The translations under genes were made by a program, and so were the position numbers. Of a DNA stretch of 64,000 nt, positions 30,078 through 40,342 are shown in pieces. Source of the DNA: a virus. The notes beneath the pieces are model-generated. The model ran no database searches. It had not been told where the DNA came from and saw only the letters and a list, made by a program, of their open reading frames with translations. Numbering within the stretch: position 1 is the stretch's first letter; each line of letters begins with the position of its first letter. Location: positions 1 through 64,000 of IMG/VR virus record IMGVR_UViG_3300036766_000806; one strand, given 5' to 3'.

Positions 30078-30486
30078 TAAAAAATTACACCGTCAGAACG
30101 ATCCTGCTTCAAGAAGAATAGTCAAAGAATATTTTTCCAAACAAGGAATAATAATCGAGGACAACCCCGATAAATTTGGAGTGGATCTTCTGTCTAAAGA
30201 CGGAACTCTGAAAATAGAAGTTGAGCATAGATTGGTCTGGATTGATGATGATTTCCCTTTTGCCGAAGTAAATGTTCCAGAACGGAAAGCCAAGTTCTTT
30301 GTAGAAAACAGCGTGGCTTATGTTATTCTTTCTCGAGATTATTCTCGTCTTGGGATGATTGATGGAAAAACATTGCGACAATACATTGTTGATTTCAACT
30401 TGAAAGAGTCACCCAATAAGTATGTAAAAGAAAATGAATATTTCTACAAGATCCCTCGAAATATATTCAAATGGGTAAAATTATAA
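30052..30486 (+). CDS. putative PD-(D/E)XK nuclease-fold protein
   Basis: GVDL..IEVE motif spacing. Confidence 0.5.
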   Translation: MIGIKKSFSKKLHRQNDPASRRIVKEYFSKQGIIIEDNPDKFGVDLLSKDGTLKIEVEHRLVWIDDDFPFAEVNVPERKAKFFVENSVAYVILSRDYSRLGMIDGKTLRQYIVDFNLKESPNKYVKENEYFYKIPRNIFKWVKL

Positions 30487-30487
30487 T

Positions 30488-31024
30488 ATGGGATTGTTTA
30501 TAGATAGAACTGGTCAACGATTTGGAAAACTTACGGTGATTAGAAGGTTACTTAATGATAAAGTTAATCAAGCAGTATGGCTTTGTAAATGTGATTGTGG
30601 GAAGGAAAAAACATATCGAGCTTCTAATTTACACAGTAAAACATCTATGAGTTGTGGATGTTCTCATAAAAAGAAACCATTTTTATGGATTTACAATAAA
30701 CTTTTGAAGAGAGCCGAACTCAGAAATCTTAAATGTGATTTAAATTATGAAGATTTTATAAGTTTTACGACTATAAATGAATGTTATTATTGTGGATCTC
30801 ATATAAAGTGGGCGGCAAATCCAATTAGAAAAGTAGCATATACTCAAAGATATAATATAGATAGATTAAATAACAATTTGGGATATACTAAAAATAATTG
30901 TGTAGTATGTTGTTGGGAATGTAATTGTATGAAACGAAATCGCTCAGATATTCAATTCATAAATCACTGTAACAAAATAGTTCAATATCGAAAAATATTG
31001 ACATTTTTTCAGAATATGATATAA
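30488..31024 (+). CDS. HNH-like homing endonuclease
   Basis: GQRFGKL..CKCDCG..SCGC, CYYCG and IDR..GY..NCV.CC..CN motifs. Confidence 0.85.
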   Translation: MGLFIDRTGQRFGKLTVIRRLLNDKVNQAVWLCKCDCGKEKTYRASNLHSKTSMSCGCSHKKKPFLWIYNKLLKRAELRNLKCDLNYEDFISFTTINECYYCGSHIKWAANPIRKVAYTQRYNIDRLNNNLGYTKNNCVVCCWECNCMKRNRSDIQFINHCNKIVQYRKILTFFQNMI

Positions 31025-31031
31025 TGTCCAT

Positions 31032-31490
31032 ATGATAAAAGAAGTGGATACAGACCTATTAGAATACTCGTTAGATGGATTTATCCATCAATGTAACTGC
31101 TTTCATACTATGGGAGTGGGCATTGCTTTGTGTATTAAAAACAAATATCCCGAGTTGTACAAAGCAGATATTCACCACGGTCGTAAAGGAGATATAACTC
31201 GTCTTGGCAAGTTTTCTGTTGTAAAATGTCACGATGACAAATATGGATACAATTTGTATGGTCAGTACAATTATGGACTACAACAAAGACATACAAATTA
31301 TGAAGCAGTATATACTGGATTAATAGGCATCCGCAATCATGCCACTCAAGCAAATATTATTCGATTGGGACTCCCCAAAAATATGGGGTGCCGACTTGGG
31401 GGCGGTTCCTGGGGAATAGTAAAAGCCATTATTGATGATATATTCGAGAAGTGGCCACACGAGTTGTATATCTGTAATTATGATGGATGA
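31032..31490 (+). CDS. macrodomain ADP-ribose hydrolase (Poa1/TARG1-like)
   Basis: HQCNC..MGVGIA..IK.KYP and P..GC.LGGG.W motifs; leaderless promoter at 30998-31025. Confidence 0.88.
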   Translation: MIKEVDTDLLEYSLDGFIHQCNCFHTMGVGIALCIKNKYPELYKADIHHGRKGDITRLGKFSVVKCHDDKYGYNLYGQYNYGLQQRHTNYEAVYTGLIGIRNHATQANIIRLGLPKNMGCRLGGGSWGIVKAIIDDIFEKWPHELYICNYDG

Positions 31491-31792
31491 AATATGTTTT
31501 TTAGAGTAAATTTTAGAAATCCAAACGAACAAAAACCGCTCCCACAAAATGATATGAATGAAAAAGTTAAAGAATTAAATGAAAAGCTGGAAAGTCTCAG
31601 TAAAGATTTGGCAAGCATAGGAGCTACTAGTGTTATTGATGCCATTTTGACTTTGAATGATAAAGTTACTAAACTCCAAGAAGAAGTAAAAAATTTAAAA
31701 ACCGGGCAGAACCATCTTCATGGTCGTTTAAGAGATATAGAACACAGTTCCGCCTTCATGGTCACTTAAGAGATATAAATGAAAGGAATAAT

Positions 31793-32137
31793 ATGACTAA
31801 TACCGAAGCAGTTCAAAACACATTGGATGCAGTTGAAAAAGAATTGCGGGCTAAACTTATTGCATGTGCCGAAACCAATGATTATGAAGGTGCAGTACTC
31901 GATTCTAATTATAAAACAATGGGAGAATCCTTCCGGGGTGGATTATGCTCTCGATGGCTTAATGTATTACGGCTGAAATCCATGTTGGCAAGTAAAAAAG
32001 TTGATTATTTGTGGGTTTGCGTGGAGTTATCTCAGCAAGATATGGAAACACTTAAAGCCGTACATAAAGCTATGCCAGAATATCTGCGAATAATAAAAAA
32101 TGTGATAAATATTTTGATATTAATACAGACGGATTAA
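31793..32137 (+). CDS. hypothetical protein, C-terminus probably chimeric
   Basis: ORF runs into out-of-frame methyltransferase sequence at about 32083. Confidence 0.5.
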   Translation: MTNTEAVQNTLDAVEKELRAKLIACAETNDYEGAVLDSNYKTMGESFRGGLCSRWLNVLRLKSMLASKKVDYLWVCVELSQQDMETLKAVHKAMPEYLRIIKNVINILILIQTD

Positions 32138-32445
32138 AACAGGATTGGAAAGGTGTTTGTTGGATGAATCCTCCATTCAACAAAGAATTAAAAAAATGGG
32201 TAATCAAAGCAAAAGACGAATCAATTAAACATCATTCAATTGTCTGTTGTCTAATTCCTGTAAGAAGTAATACTATTTGGTGGAAAGATGTCTCGAAATA
32301 TGCCGAGATTCGTTTTATTATAGGTGAAGTAAATTTTAGTAATTTAAAAAGAGGGTTGTGGCTTCCAATGTGTTTAATGATTTTTGGAACACGCAAGATG
32401 GGTCAATTTAGTGTTATAAATTATAAAGAAATTAGAAAAGGTTAA
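32083..32445 (+). pseudogene. 5'-truncated phage Dam-type N6-adenine methyltransferase
   Basis: Frame reads SANNKKCDKYF..DGLKQDW..WMNPPF..LIPVRS..IRFI; the N-terminal motif is absent. Confidence 0.75.
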
Positions 32446-32502
32446 GAAAAATCAAAAATTTTCACTTGACATTTTCTCTTGATGTGCTATGGTACACCCG
32501 TT

Positions 32503-32967
32503 ATGGAGCAATTGTTATGTCATTTATTCGGGGACTATTTTTTCCAGCCCGATTGGTGTGCTCTAAATAAAAGCAAACGTACTTGGCCTTGTCTTGTTCA
32601 TGTACTTCTTTATACCGCTTGTTTTCTATTTTTAACTTTCAGTTGGAAAGCATTGCTGGTGATTGGGGCGACTCATTTTATTATTGATCGCTGGCATACT
32701 CCATTAAAACGCTTTATCTGGTTAAGAGGGCATCTCGATCCAAAGTTTCGGTATCCAGACTACAAATGGTGTAATACCACAGGGTTTTATGATGATAGTC
32801 CTTACAATATATGTTCAGGCAAAAATCCTGGCGCAGAATATAAAACTCCTGATTGGTGGGGCAAACCCAGACACTTTTTTATTACAATGTGGCTATACAT
32901 TATTCATGACAATTTGCTTCATTTGACCATCAACTATTTTGCTTTGAAGTACTTGAGTAACATTTAA
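32503..32967 (+). CDS. DUF3307-family membrane protein
   Basis: HLFGDY.FQ, H..LY, THF.ID and DN.LH motifs. Confidence 0.75.
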   Translation: MEQLLCHLFGDYFFQPDWCALNKSKRTWPCLVHVLLYTACFLFLTFSWKALLVIGATHFIIDRWHTPLKRFIWLRGHLDPKFRYPDYKWCNTTGFYDDSPYNICSGKNPGAEYKTPDWWGKPRHFFITMWLYIIHDNLLHLTINYFALKYLSNI

Positions 32968-33254
32968 ACTAAACAAAAGATGATTCCGTTTCTTCGATTA
33001 CCACTCGAATCTTACTGTCGAATGTGGATAAAAAAAGTAAGAATTGACTATTTGGATAGAAAAAGAAAAAATGGATATTTTTCATTATCATGTCCATCTT
33101 ATCAAGGAAGTGTGGAGTGGCTTCGTTATCATAAACCTTTCGGGAAATGGCTTTATGCAATTCAAAAAGATCGATTAACTATTCCTCAAATATTGGCAAA
33201 ACTAGGAAAGAATCCTCTTCGTTATCGCTATTAAAAAAATAAGGACTTGACAAA

Positions 33255-34037
33255 TTGTCTGAACGGTGTATATTATGGGCATATAATAGTAGCATGAGAA
33301 GTGAACTTATTAGAACGTTAAAAGCCACCGCAATTGCCATTATCATAGTTAGTCTCGTAATTGGAGGGATGGTCGGTGGTATTACATATTCAGCAAAGAA
33401 AAAACAGGAGCAGGCTTTAAAACAACAAAAGCAAATTGCCCGAGATGCTATTCGTCAAGCACTTGAAAATTCCCAAAAAGAAACAGAAAAACTTCGACTT
33501 ATTGATAGAGAGAAAAAGCAAAAAGAGGCAAAGCGACAAGAACAAGAATTTTTCAATGCCAATTTCATAGTAGAAAAAGACGAAGTTAGAGGTCTGAGGT
33601 TTATTATGCCTAACCCTGCGAATGATCCTTTAGAACGAGAAGTAACGGGATGTGCTTTATATATCGGGGACAACTATGACGGAAATCCAGCTTTATTTCT
33701 TAGATGTGTATTTGTTGGAGAAAAACTTGATCATTTCGACGAAGTGATGTTTAGGGCAAATAATCATACTTTTACGATTCGCAATGAAAACTTTAGGTTA
33801 ATATCTCATTACAGAAATGAACATCGGCAAAGGGTTATGTATTATGATTTTCCGGCATCGAGCGAAATTAATAAGGATGCAATTCGAGCACTAGTGAATA
33901 TGACCAGCGAAACCAAATTTAGATTCTATTCATCTATCTATAATCAGGCGGATGATATCACCCTCTCTGAGCAAGATTTACGCCTTCTAAAAGCAGCATA
34001 CAATAAATGGCTGACTATGAGTATTAGAAATCGTTAA
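33255..34037 (+). CDS. membrane-anchored hypothetical protein
   Basis: N-terminal TM helix, coiled coil and globular domain; true start likely downstream of the promoter at about 33247. Confidence 0.7.
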   Translation: MSERCILWAYNSSMRSELIRTLKATAIAIIIVSLVIGGMVGGITYSAKKKQEQALKQQKQIARDAIRQALENSQKETEKLRLIDREKKQKEAKRQEQEFFNANFIVEKDEVRGLRFIMPNPANDPLEREVTGCALYIGDNYDGNPALFLRCVFVGEKLDHFDEVMFRANNHTFTIRNENFRLISHYRNEHRQRVMYYDFPASSEINKDAIRALVNMTSETKFRFYSSIYNQADDITLSEQDLRLLKAAYNKWLTMSIRNR

Positions 34038-34685
34038 AACGTAATATGGAAAAATTAATCGAATATCTAAACACTGGCGGATTCTGGTTTGCCTGTAGTA
34101 ACGAACAAGATGAATTGGCTCGGGAAGCTTGTCGGCAAGGCATTCTCCAGCCCATCGAAAACCTTGGGGTTGGTTATCCAAATGTAAAGAAGTCGTATTT
34201 CTATGTTCGTGCTCAATTAAAATCCAAGTACGAATTGCCCATCGGCATGTGGAATCATTTTATTCTTGGCATTCCGTGTTAAGTGTGTTATTTAGTGAAC
34301 GGTGACGAAGAAGGCGGCGATACTCCCACACATGTGCAGCACATTAAGGGATATATTTCCGGATACGCATAAGATATCTTCTCACAAAGAAGGTAAGGAC
34401 ATCGTGTTTCTAGCGTTCCCCGATGTTCCTTATCGGGGCCAGACTATTCGGGTGGTCTGGCCCCTTTCTTTTTCTACTTATGACTGACAAATGTTTCATA
34501 CATCCTGATAGACAAAAAGTAACTCCCGACGACCCGTGGCATGTTCCTTTATGTTCTGAATGTGTCAAACCTGAAAATGTCGAATTTGTAAATAGAGAGT
34601 ACAAACTATTTATGGACAAGTATAATGCTGAGAAAAAAGATTATTTTAAGAAAACAGGCGAACACTATGTCAACTGGGGATAACT

Positions 34686-35168
34686 GTGAAAATACATATT
34701 ACTAATCAACGGTTTAGTGAAATGGCGACAGATTTGTGTAATCAACTTCTTCCTTTTAAGAACAAATTTGAGTGGATAGTTGGCGTTGAGCGTGGAGGAT
34801 TACCGCTTAGCAACTGGCTATCCTATGTAATGGGAAAACCTCACACTTCTGTTCAAATATCTTTATACGGGGATGGAGATAAAATAAAAATCAATTCTCC
34901 ATATGTATGGCTCGGCCTCCATCATGAAACATATCTCAAACATCCATTTCTTCTTGTAGATGATATTGTGGATAGTGGCAAAACCCTTGCCTTGTTCCGA
35001 GATTTGACTTTTTTACATAAACCAAAATTTATGGTCGCTACTCTCCATTGGTGCCCCGAGAACAACCCCAATCACAAGCCCGATTTCTACATCGAAACAA
35101 AAAAGAAGGAAGATTGGATTGTTTATCCTTGGTCAAGCCCTACTGAGGGAGAGAGTTACTCTCAGTAA
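34686..35168 (+). CDS. type I phosphoribosyltransferase (Gpt-like)
   Basis: GVERGGL, LLVDDIVDSGKT and WIVYPW motifs. Confidence 0.88.
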   Translation: MKIHITNQRFSEMATDLCNQLLPFKNKFEWIVGVERGGLPLSNWLSYVMGKPHTSVQISLYGDGDKIKINSPYVWLGLHHETYLKHPFLLVDDIVDSGKTLALFRDLTFLHKPKFMVATLHWCPENNPNHKPDFYIETKKKEDWIVYPWSSPTEGESYSQ

Positions 35169-35864
35169 TCTTTCTACATATATCTAAAAACTCCTTTTTG
35201 GAGAGACCATTTTCATAATATTTATAATGTTACAGCATAACACCACATTATCTCTTGTATATCCTTTTGTGGAATCTAGTCTTTCCAAGGATAGCGAATA
35301 AGAATCGCTGTTGTTTCTATTTCTATTTTCTATAGTAGTTTTCATTGGGATTTTAGAATAGTAACACAACCCATTTTAACGATTGTATATTTCCATTAGA
35401 AAATCTCTGGTTATGTTTAGCTCTATATTTCTATTTTTAGCTCTACTTTTTGCTGCTCCAAATCGTTTGACAATGAGATGAGCGGTGGGATCGTTTTTAT
35501 ATTTTTTTATAAAATCCTCTTTCTCTCCTCGTTTGAAATACGTGAATGTAATAATCCCCATTTTCTTTGCTTTATATTGGACTTGTTTTTTTGTTTTGTT
35601 TAACTTTTTCGCTATCTCCCAGAAGGGGAGTTTATTATCAGTATATTGTTTTAGAAGGCTATCTTCATCATCTGTCCATTTAGATATGTCAAATGTTCTT
35701 TTTGCTAATCCCAATTTTATTCTTTTATAAGAAATACTTTCCACCGACCGATTTAATTCGGCAGCGATTTGATAGTTAAAATATCCTTTATTCAATAAGT
35801 CTTTAAGTCGTTCTACATCACCGCTGCTCCACGGTTTCCATCTATTTTTGTCTAACATTTTCAT
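35161..35864 (-). pseudogene. decayed HNH-like homing endonuclease with Myb/HTH-like repeats
   Basis: In-frame TAA at 35376-35378 inside YNR*NGLCYYS; SLERLDS.KGY..NVVLCC; 1-nt frameshift near 35212. Confidence 0.75.
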
Positions 35865-36070
35865 AATATTTTCGCATTCTCTTTTTATTTATTTTATCTC
35901 TATTTTTGTAGTAATATACACTTCTCCACTTTCTCTTAGCGAGAGTTAGAGAGTTTTCATCATTATATTTTTTTCTTCTTCCCATATCTAATAAATATAT
36001 AACTCCTACGAAAAAACTCCGAAAAAATTATTACTTGGCTTTTTGTAGGAACGTGGTATATTCTTGGGAA

Positions 36071-36448
36071 ATGAATGATTACTACAAAGAATATACACAG
36101 GAGCAGATTAATAAAATGCTTTCCAATCCGCCAAGAGCAGTAAAACCTCCAGTAGTAAAAACTATAATCCCTCCTCCACTTATATACCCGAAATAATCCT
36201 CAAACTTCACCCGATTTATTACAAAATGGATAATTTTTGTTTGGACTGGTTTTTGCGGAATTGGGTGCGCTGTTACAGGATTATTGGGAATTCTAAATTC
36301 TGCTGCCAGTTATCCCTCCGATCCGTCCCCATCCTTCCAACTTGGAACTTTTTTAGGAATAATGTCCCTGTTAGGGGTTTGGGGTATTCTATGGAGTATA
36401 ATAGCAATTCCATCGATGGTAATATGGATTATTTCCGGGAGAGAATGA
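36071..36448 (+). pseudogene. membrane protein with an in-frame TAA
   Basis: Pro-rich N-terminus, TAA at 36194, then two TM helices in the same frame. Confidence 0.6.
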
Positions 36449-36766
36449 ACCTCATCGAGTTTTTAAAGACCAAATGGGCATAAAATAATGTCTTGACAAT
36501 TTCACCGTGTTGGTGTATAGTACAGCAGAAAATTTGGGAACCCATGTCGAGAACCAAAAAGAAAAGCAAAACTATGGTATACGGTTCACATGAAGAAACT
36601 TGGGAATATTGGGATGAAATCAGAGAGTTGAGAAAAGTTCTTCGACGCATTTTGAAGAATCCGTATCGAAAAACTCCTCGTACCAAAGCGAGAAAACTAT
36701 TAAATTCGTCACGGCGATAATCCGATGTCAGAAAAACAGTAATCAACATATAAACAACAAAAAATT

Positions 36767-37861
36767 ATGGCAACAAAAAACATACATCTAATCATCATCG
36801 ATCCGCAGAATGATTTCTGCATCAAAACTGGCCCCGGCGGTGAAATCGGCGCACTAGTTGTAGCGGGTGCTGATTCTGATATGAAACGGCTCGGCGCTTT
36901 CATCACGAAAAACAAAACTCGCATTAATGAATTTCACTGTACCTTAGATTCTCACCAAGAAGTACATGTCGCCCATCCAATCTTTTGGTTGGATTCCAAG
37001 GGCAATCATCCCGCTCCCTTTACATTGATTACAGATGATGACGTGAGAAACGCCAAGTGGCGATGTTTTAATCCTAAATGGCAACCTCGTGCTCAGGCTT
37101 ATGTGGATGCTCTCAAATCAAAAGGTCTCGACCAGCTAAATGCTGGCAGTGGATACAAATTCAGCGCAACCAGAGTCAAAGATCTGGGTGCGTCTGAATA
37201 CACCCTCGCAACAATTGTCGTGGATGCATCTGGGTCTGTTGCGGGGTTTGAGGATCAGCTAAATCAATGTCTCAAAACCGTTTTCAATGCTTGTGCCAAG
37301 TCTCCTCGCCGTGATAATCTGATGCTTCGTGTCATTCAGTTCAATACAGTGTTGACTGAGTTACATGGATTCAAGTTGCTTGGTTCAATCACCGAAAAGG
37401 ATTATGACAACATTCTTCAAATTGGTGGATCAACAGCCCTCTTCGAGAGCATGGATGAAGCAGTTCAAGCTACTGGTACTTATGGCAAGTCTTTAACTTC
37501 TCAGGACTTCCTCTGCAATGCAATTGTTGTTGTAGTCACTGACGGAGAAAACAACGATGGTGCAATTATGGACCCGGCACAAGTCAAGAAATCTCTGCAA
37601 CAGGTTCGCCGTTCAGAGAATCTCGAATCAATTCTTCTCATTCTCGTTGGCGTCACCAACGATGATGTAAAGCTGAATACTTATCTCCAGACTGTCAAGG
37701 ATGACTGTGGATGCGATCAATATGTTTCAATAGGTCGTGCAACCCCCGGACGTGTGGCAAAACTTGCAGAGTTCATAAGTCAGTCCATATCAAGTACTTC
37801 CTCGGCTCTGGCGAATAAGACGCAAAGTACGCCGCTCAATCCGGCATCGTTCAAGTTTTAA
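36767..37861 (+). CDS. chimera of a nicotinamidase/isochorismatase N-terminal half and a vWA domain
   Basis: IIIDPQNDF and LDSH, then VVDASGSV, GGSTALF and VTDGENN. Confidence 0.8.
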   Translation: MATKNIHLIIIDPQNDFCIKTGPGGEIGALVVAGADSDMKRLGAFITKNKTRINEFHCTLDSHQEVHVAHPIFWLDSKGNHPAPFTLITDDDVRNAKWRCFNPKWQPRAQAYVDALKSKGLDQLNAGSGYKFSATRVKDLGASEYTLATIVVDASGSVAGFEDQLNQCLKTVFNACAKSPRRDNLMLRVIQFNTVLTELHGFKLLGSITEKDYDNILQIGGSTALFESMDEAVQATGTYGKSLTSQDFLCNAIVVVVTDGENNDGAIMDPAQVKKSLQQVRRSENLESILLILVGVTNDDVKLNTYLQTVKDDCGCDQYVSIGRATPGRVAKLAEFISQSISSTSSALANKTQSTPLNPASFKF

Positions 37862-37892
37862 GCGGGAACCTGCTGCTAACCCTAAACGGAAG

Positions 37893-37921
37893 AAAGGGCA
37901 CCGGATTCCGGTGCCCTTTTT
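37893..37921 (+). terminator. intrinsic terminator
   Basis: AAAGGGCACCGG-ATT-CCGGTGCCCTTTTT. Confidence 0.85.
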
Positions 37922-37945
37922 GATAATGTCAAAATACACACGACC

Positions 37946-39079
37946 CTAAAGGGTCGGTGCTTGCCTCTGACTGACAGAGACGATTGGTGATTTGACTTTC
38001 ACCTGTCCATCAAGTGCGGAGCACGTAATGGAGTGTTTGTTATACCGAAGTCCAATATTATTAGAAGCGTTGAGGTCAGCATCTAATACTTTTCCGTCAA
38101 TGGCATAATACCTACATCCTTTACGCTTGCCATTGTCAAGACCCCGATAGTCAAGTTGGCTGGTGTAGTGAGGACAAACGACTTCCACTCTCTTGCCGAG
38201 AGCGAGTGCCTTGTAGGTCAATATGGTTTTGAGTGTGAAAAATGGGACTTGGGATAATCGGTTGTTGAACCTTTTACCTTTGGATTTGGACTTGATTTTG
38301 GAAAGGTCTTCCAAGACCAATATGTTTGCGGAAGTTGTCAATAGGTCATTGACAATGTGATGTGTGTAGTTCTTTGAGAAATGATATTCTCTGCGTCTCA
38401 ACGTTTTGAGTTTGGTTCGGGCAGAGTGAGAAAGTTTGCCTTGAAGTTTGCGTTTATTCCAACGTATCTTTCGCTTATGCTTATTGAAGTCGTTGCCTTT
38501 GACGATGTTTCCTTCGCTTGTAGCGACAAGACGTTTTAGACCTAAATCTATACCAATGGTCTTGGTTCCTTTGAGTGGTTTGGTGGTGTCGTTGAAAACA
38601 ACAGACAGAAATACATCGTTTCCTCTTGCGAATACGGATGGGTCTTGTAGAGGAAACTTCTCAAATAGTTCATTGACCTTTTGATACTTGGAGAGTTTGG
38701 CAGTGATACGTCCATCCATCGTAGTGAGTTTGATGGCATCATTTCCAATCCAAGTATAGATACGCTTATCAAGTTGGATGTTGAGACGATTGGTTTTGAC
38801 TGGTTCCTCAATCTTGTGATGATTGGCACGGATGGTCTTATACTTGGAGATTACGTCTTGTTCTGCCTTGATTACAAACTGACTTGGAAGGGCTGGAAAC
38901 TGCTTACGGACTAAATCGTAGGAGCGTTGGTGAAGAGGCATAATGCCATTACAGGTCTTCATTCCAAAGCGGATGGTGGATATAACGTTGAATGCCTCAC
39001 GCTTCAAGGCGAGGGAGTTGATGAGGGACTGCTTATCCTCATCTTTCTCAAAAATCAACTTTATATTGTATGTTTTCAT
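37946..39079 (-). CDS. tnpB: TnpB RNA-guided endonuclease
   Basis: RuvC motifs IGIDLG, LVLEDL and DADLNAS; YTSQ. Confidence 0.92.
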   Translation of the reverse strand: MKTYNIKLIFEKDEDKQSLINSLALKREAFNVISTIRFGMKTCNGIMPLHQRSYDLVRKQFPALPSQFVIKAEQDVISKYKTIRANHHKIEEPVKTNRLNIQLDKRIYTWIGNDAIKLTTMDGRITAKLSKYQKVNELFEKFPLQDPSVFARGNDVFLSVVFNDTTKPLKGTKTIGIDLGLKRLVATSEGNIVKGNDFNKHKRKIRWNKRKLQGKLSHSARTKLKTLRRREYHFSKNYTHHIVNDLLTTSANILVLEDLSKIKSKSKGKRFNNRLSQVPFFTLKTILTYKALALGKRVEVVCPHYTSQLDYRGLDNGKRKGCRYYAIDGKVLDADLNASNNIGLRYNKHSITCSALDGQVKVKSPIVSVSQRQAPTL

Positions 39080-39106
39080 TTACTGACTGATACATATAGT
39101 GAGAAT

Positions 39107-39520
39107 ATGTCAAAAGCACAAAAATCGTATCATTGTTCGTCCCATAGCAAATATTTGCTACAGGCACATCTTGTATTTGCGACCAAGTATCGCAAGAAAC
39201 TGCTTGATTGTCAAGTCAAAGAAGACATCAAACAAATCTGCTACGACATTGCGAAGGAGAAGGGTATTACTATTGTAGCGATGGAAACTGATTTAGACCA
39301 CATACATTTGATGGTGGATTATCCACCTACGAAGTCAGTGTTAGAAATGGTTGGGAACTTCAAGTCCATATCCACGTTTAGGATATACAAGAAGCATAGA
39401 GCATTCCTAAAGGGTCATTTTTGGAAGGAAAATACGTTTTGGAGCGATGGATATTTCACTTGCTCCATTGGTGAGGCATCACCTGAAACCATCAAAAAAT
39501 ACATTGAAACACAAGGATAG
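39107..39520 (+). CDS. tnpA: Y1 HUH transposase
   Basis: HLVFATKYR, DHIHL, FWSDGYF and YIETQ motifs. Confidence 0.93.
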   Translation: MSKAQKSYHCSSHSKYLLQAHLVFATKYRKKLLDCQVKEDIKQICYDIAKEKGITIVAMETDLDHIHLMVDYPPTKSVLEMVGNFKSISTFRIYKKHRAFLKGHFWKENTFWSDGYFTCSIGEASPETIKKYIETQG

Positions 39521-39577
39521 ATGTCGTTGCTCCTCCCCTACCCTAAAGGGATAGGGGTTTCCGCAACGAGAAAAAAT

Positions 39578-40342
39578 ATGAATGAAGCACCCGAAATTGC
39601 TAACCACGCCGTCTATAATGGAAAAATGGAGCTTTCCATGATGGATAAACTTTTCTTCGTTGACAAAATCGAGCCAGATGTTGTTGTGGACCTTGGTTGC
39701 GCCAACGGCGCTTTGTTACGGGCTATTAGCAGGGCGAAAAATGTCAAGCTGGTTGGATATGACAATGATCCCAAAATGGCACAGATGACTACAGATTTTT
39801 CTGTCTATTCTGATTGGGAAAGTGTGAAATTTGTCATTACTGAATATAAGCACCCCGCTTTTGTTCTTTCCTCTGTCATTCACGAAGTTTGCCACTACGG
39901 AAGTAAAACGGATATTGATGCTTTCTGGAAACGGGTTTTTGAGTCTGGATTTGAGTACATAGTCATTCGGGATATGGTGCCGGGGCGAGCGGTTGATCGG
40001 ATGAGCAATGCGAATGATGTCAAGAAGGTTTATCATAAGTTTCTTGGCACCAAAGCTCTTGACGATTTTGAACGGGTATGGGGAAGTATTGAAAACAATA
40101 AGCAGCTTATCCATTTCCTTCTCAAATACCGCTATCTCGAACCGAACTGGGAGCGAGAAGTGAGAGAAAACTATATGCCCATCACTCGTGAAGCATTACT
40201 CGCCAAGATCCCAATGGAATATAATGTTATATTTCACGAGCATTATGTTTTGCCATATTTACTACAAACAGTACAAGATGATCTCGGGGTAGAAATCAAA
40301 GATCCAACACACTTAAAACTGATATTGAGGAAAAGCAAATGA
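39578..40342 (+). CDS. class I SAM-dependent methyltransferase
   Basis: VVDLGCANG, GYD and LSSVIHE motifs; start placed just outside the IS end. Confidence 0.75.
   Translation: MNEAPEIANHAVYNGKMELSMMDKLFFVDKIEPDVVVDLGCANGALLRAISRAKNVKLVGYDNDPKMAQMTTDFSVYSDWESVKFVITEYKHPAFVLSSVIHEVCHYGSKTDIDAFWKRVFESGFEYIVIRDMVPGRAVDRMSNANDVKKVYHKFLGTKALDDFERVWGSIENNKQLIHFLLKYRYLEPNWEREVRENYMPITREALLAKIPMEYNVIFHEHYVLPYLLQTVQDDLGVEIKDPTHLKLILRKSK

Larger units (their letters stand above)
37928..39577 (-). mobile_element. IS200/IS605-family element with divergent tnpA and tnpB
   Basis: Subterminal hairpins at 37941-37956 and 39535-39557 share ACCCTAAAGGG; the boundaries are inferred. Confidence 0.85.

Noticed and set aside
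29502-31024. Composite mobile element formed by two related endonucleases flanking ORF 30052
   Set aside because: No terminal repeats or target duplication are visible; independent free-standing homing endonucleases are the simpler explanation.
37946-39079. Cas12f/type V CRISPR effector
   Set aside because: It lies beside tnpA within IS end hairpins and has no array.
38927-39577. Track start codons at 38927 (tnpA) and 39521 (methyltransferase)
   Set aside because: The extensions overlap tnpB or the IS end hairpin; 39107 and 39578 are more plausible starts.
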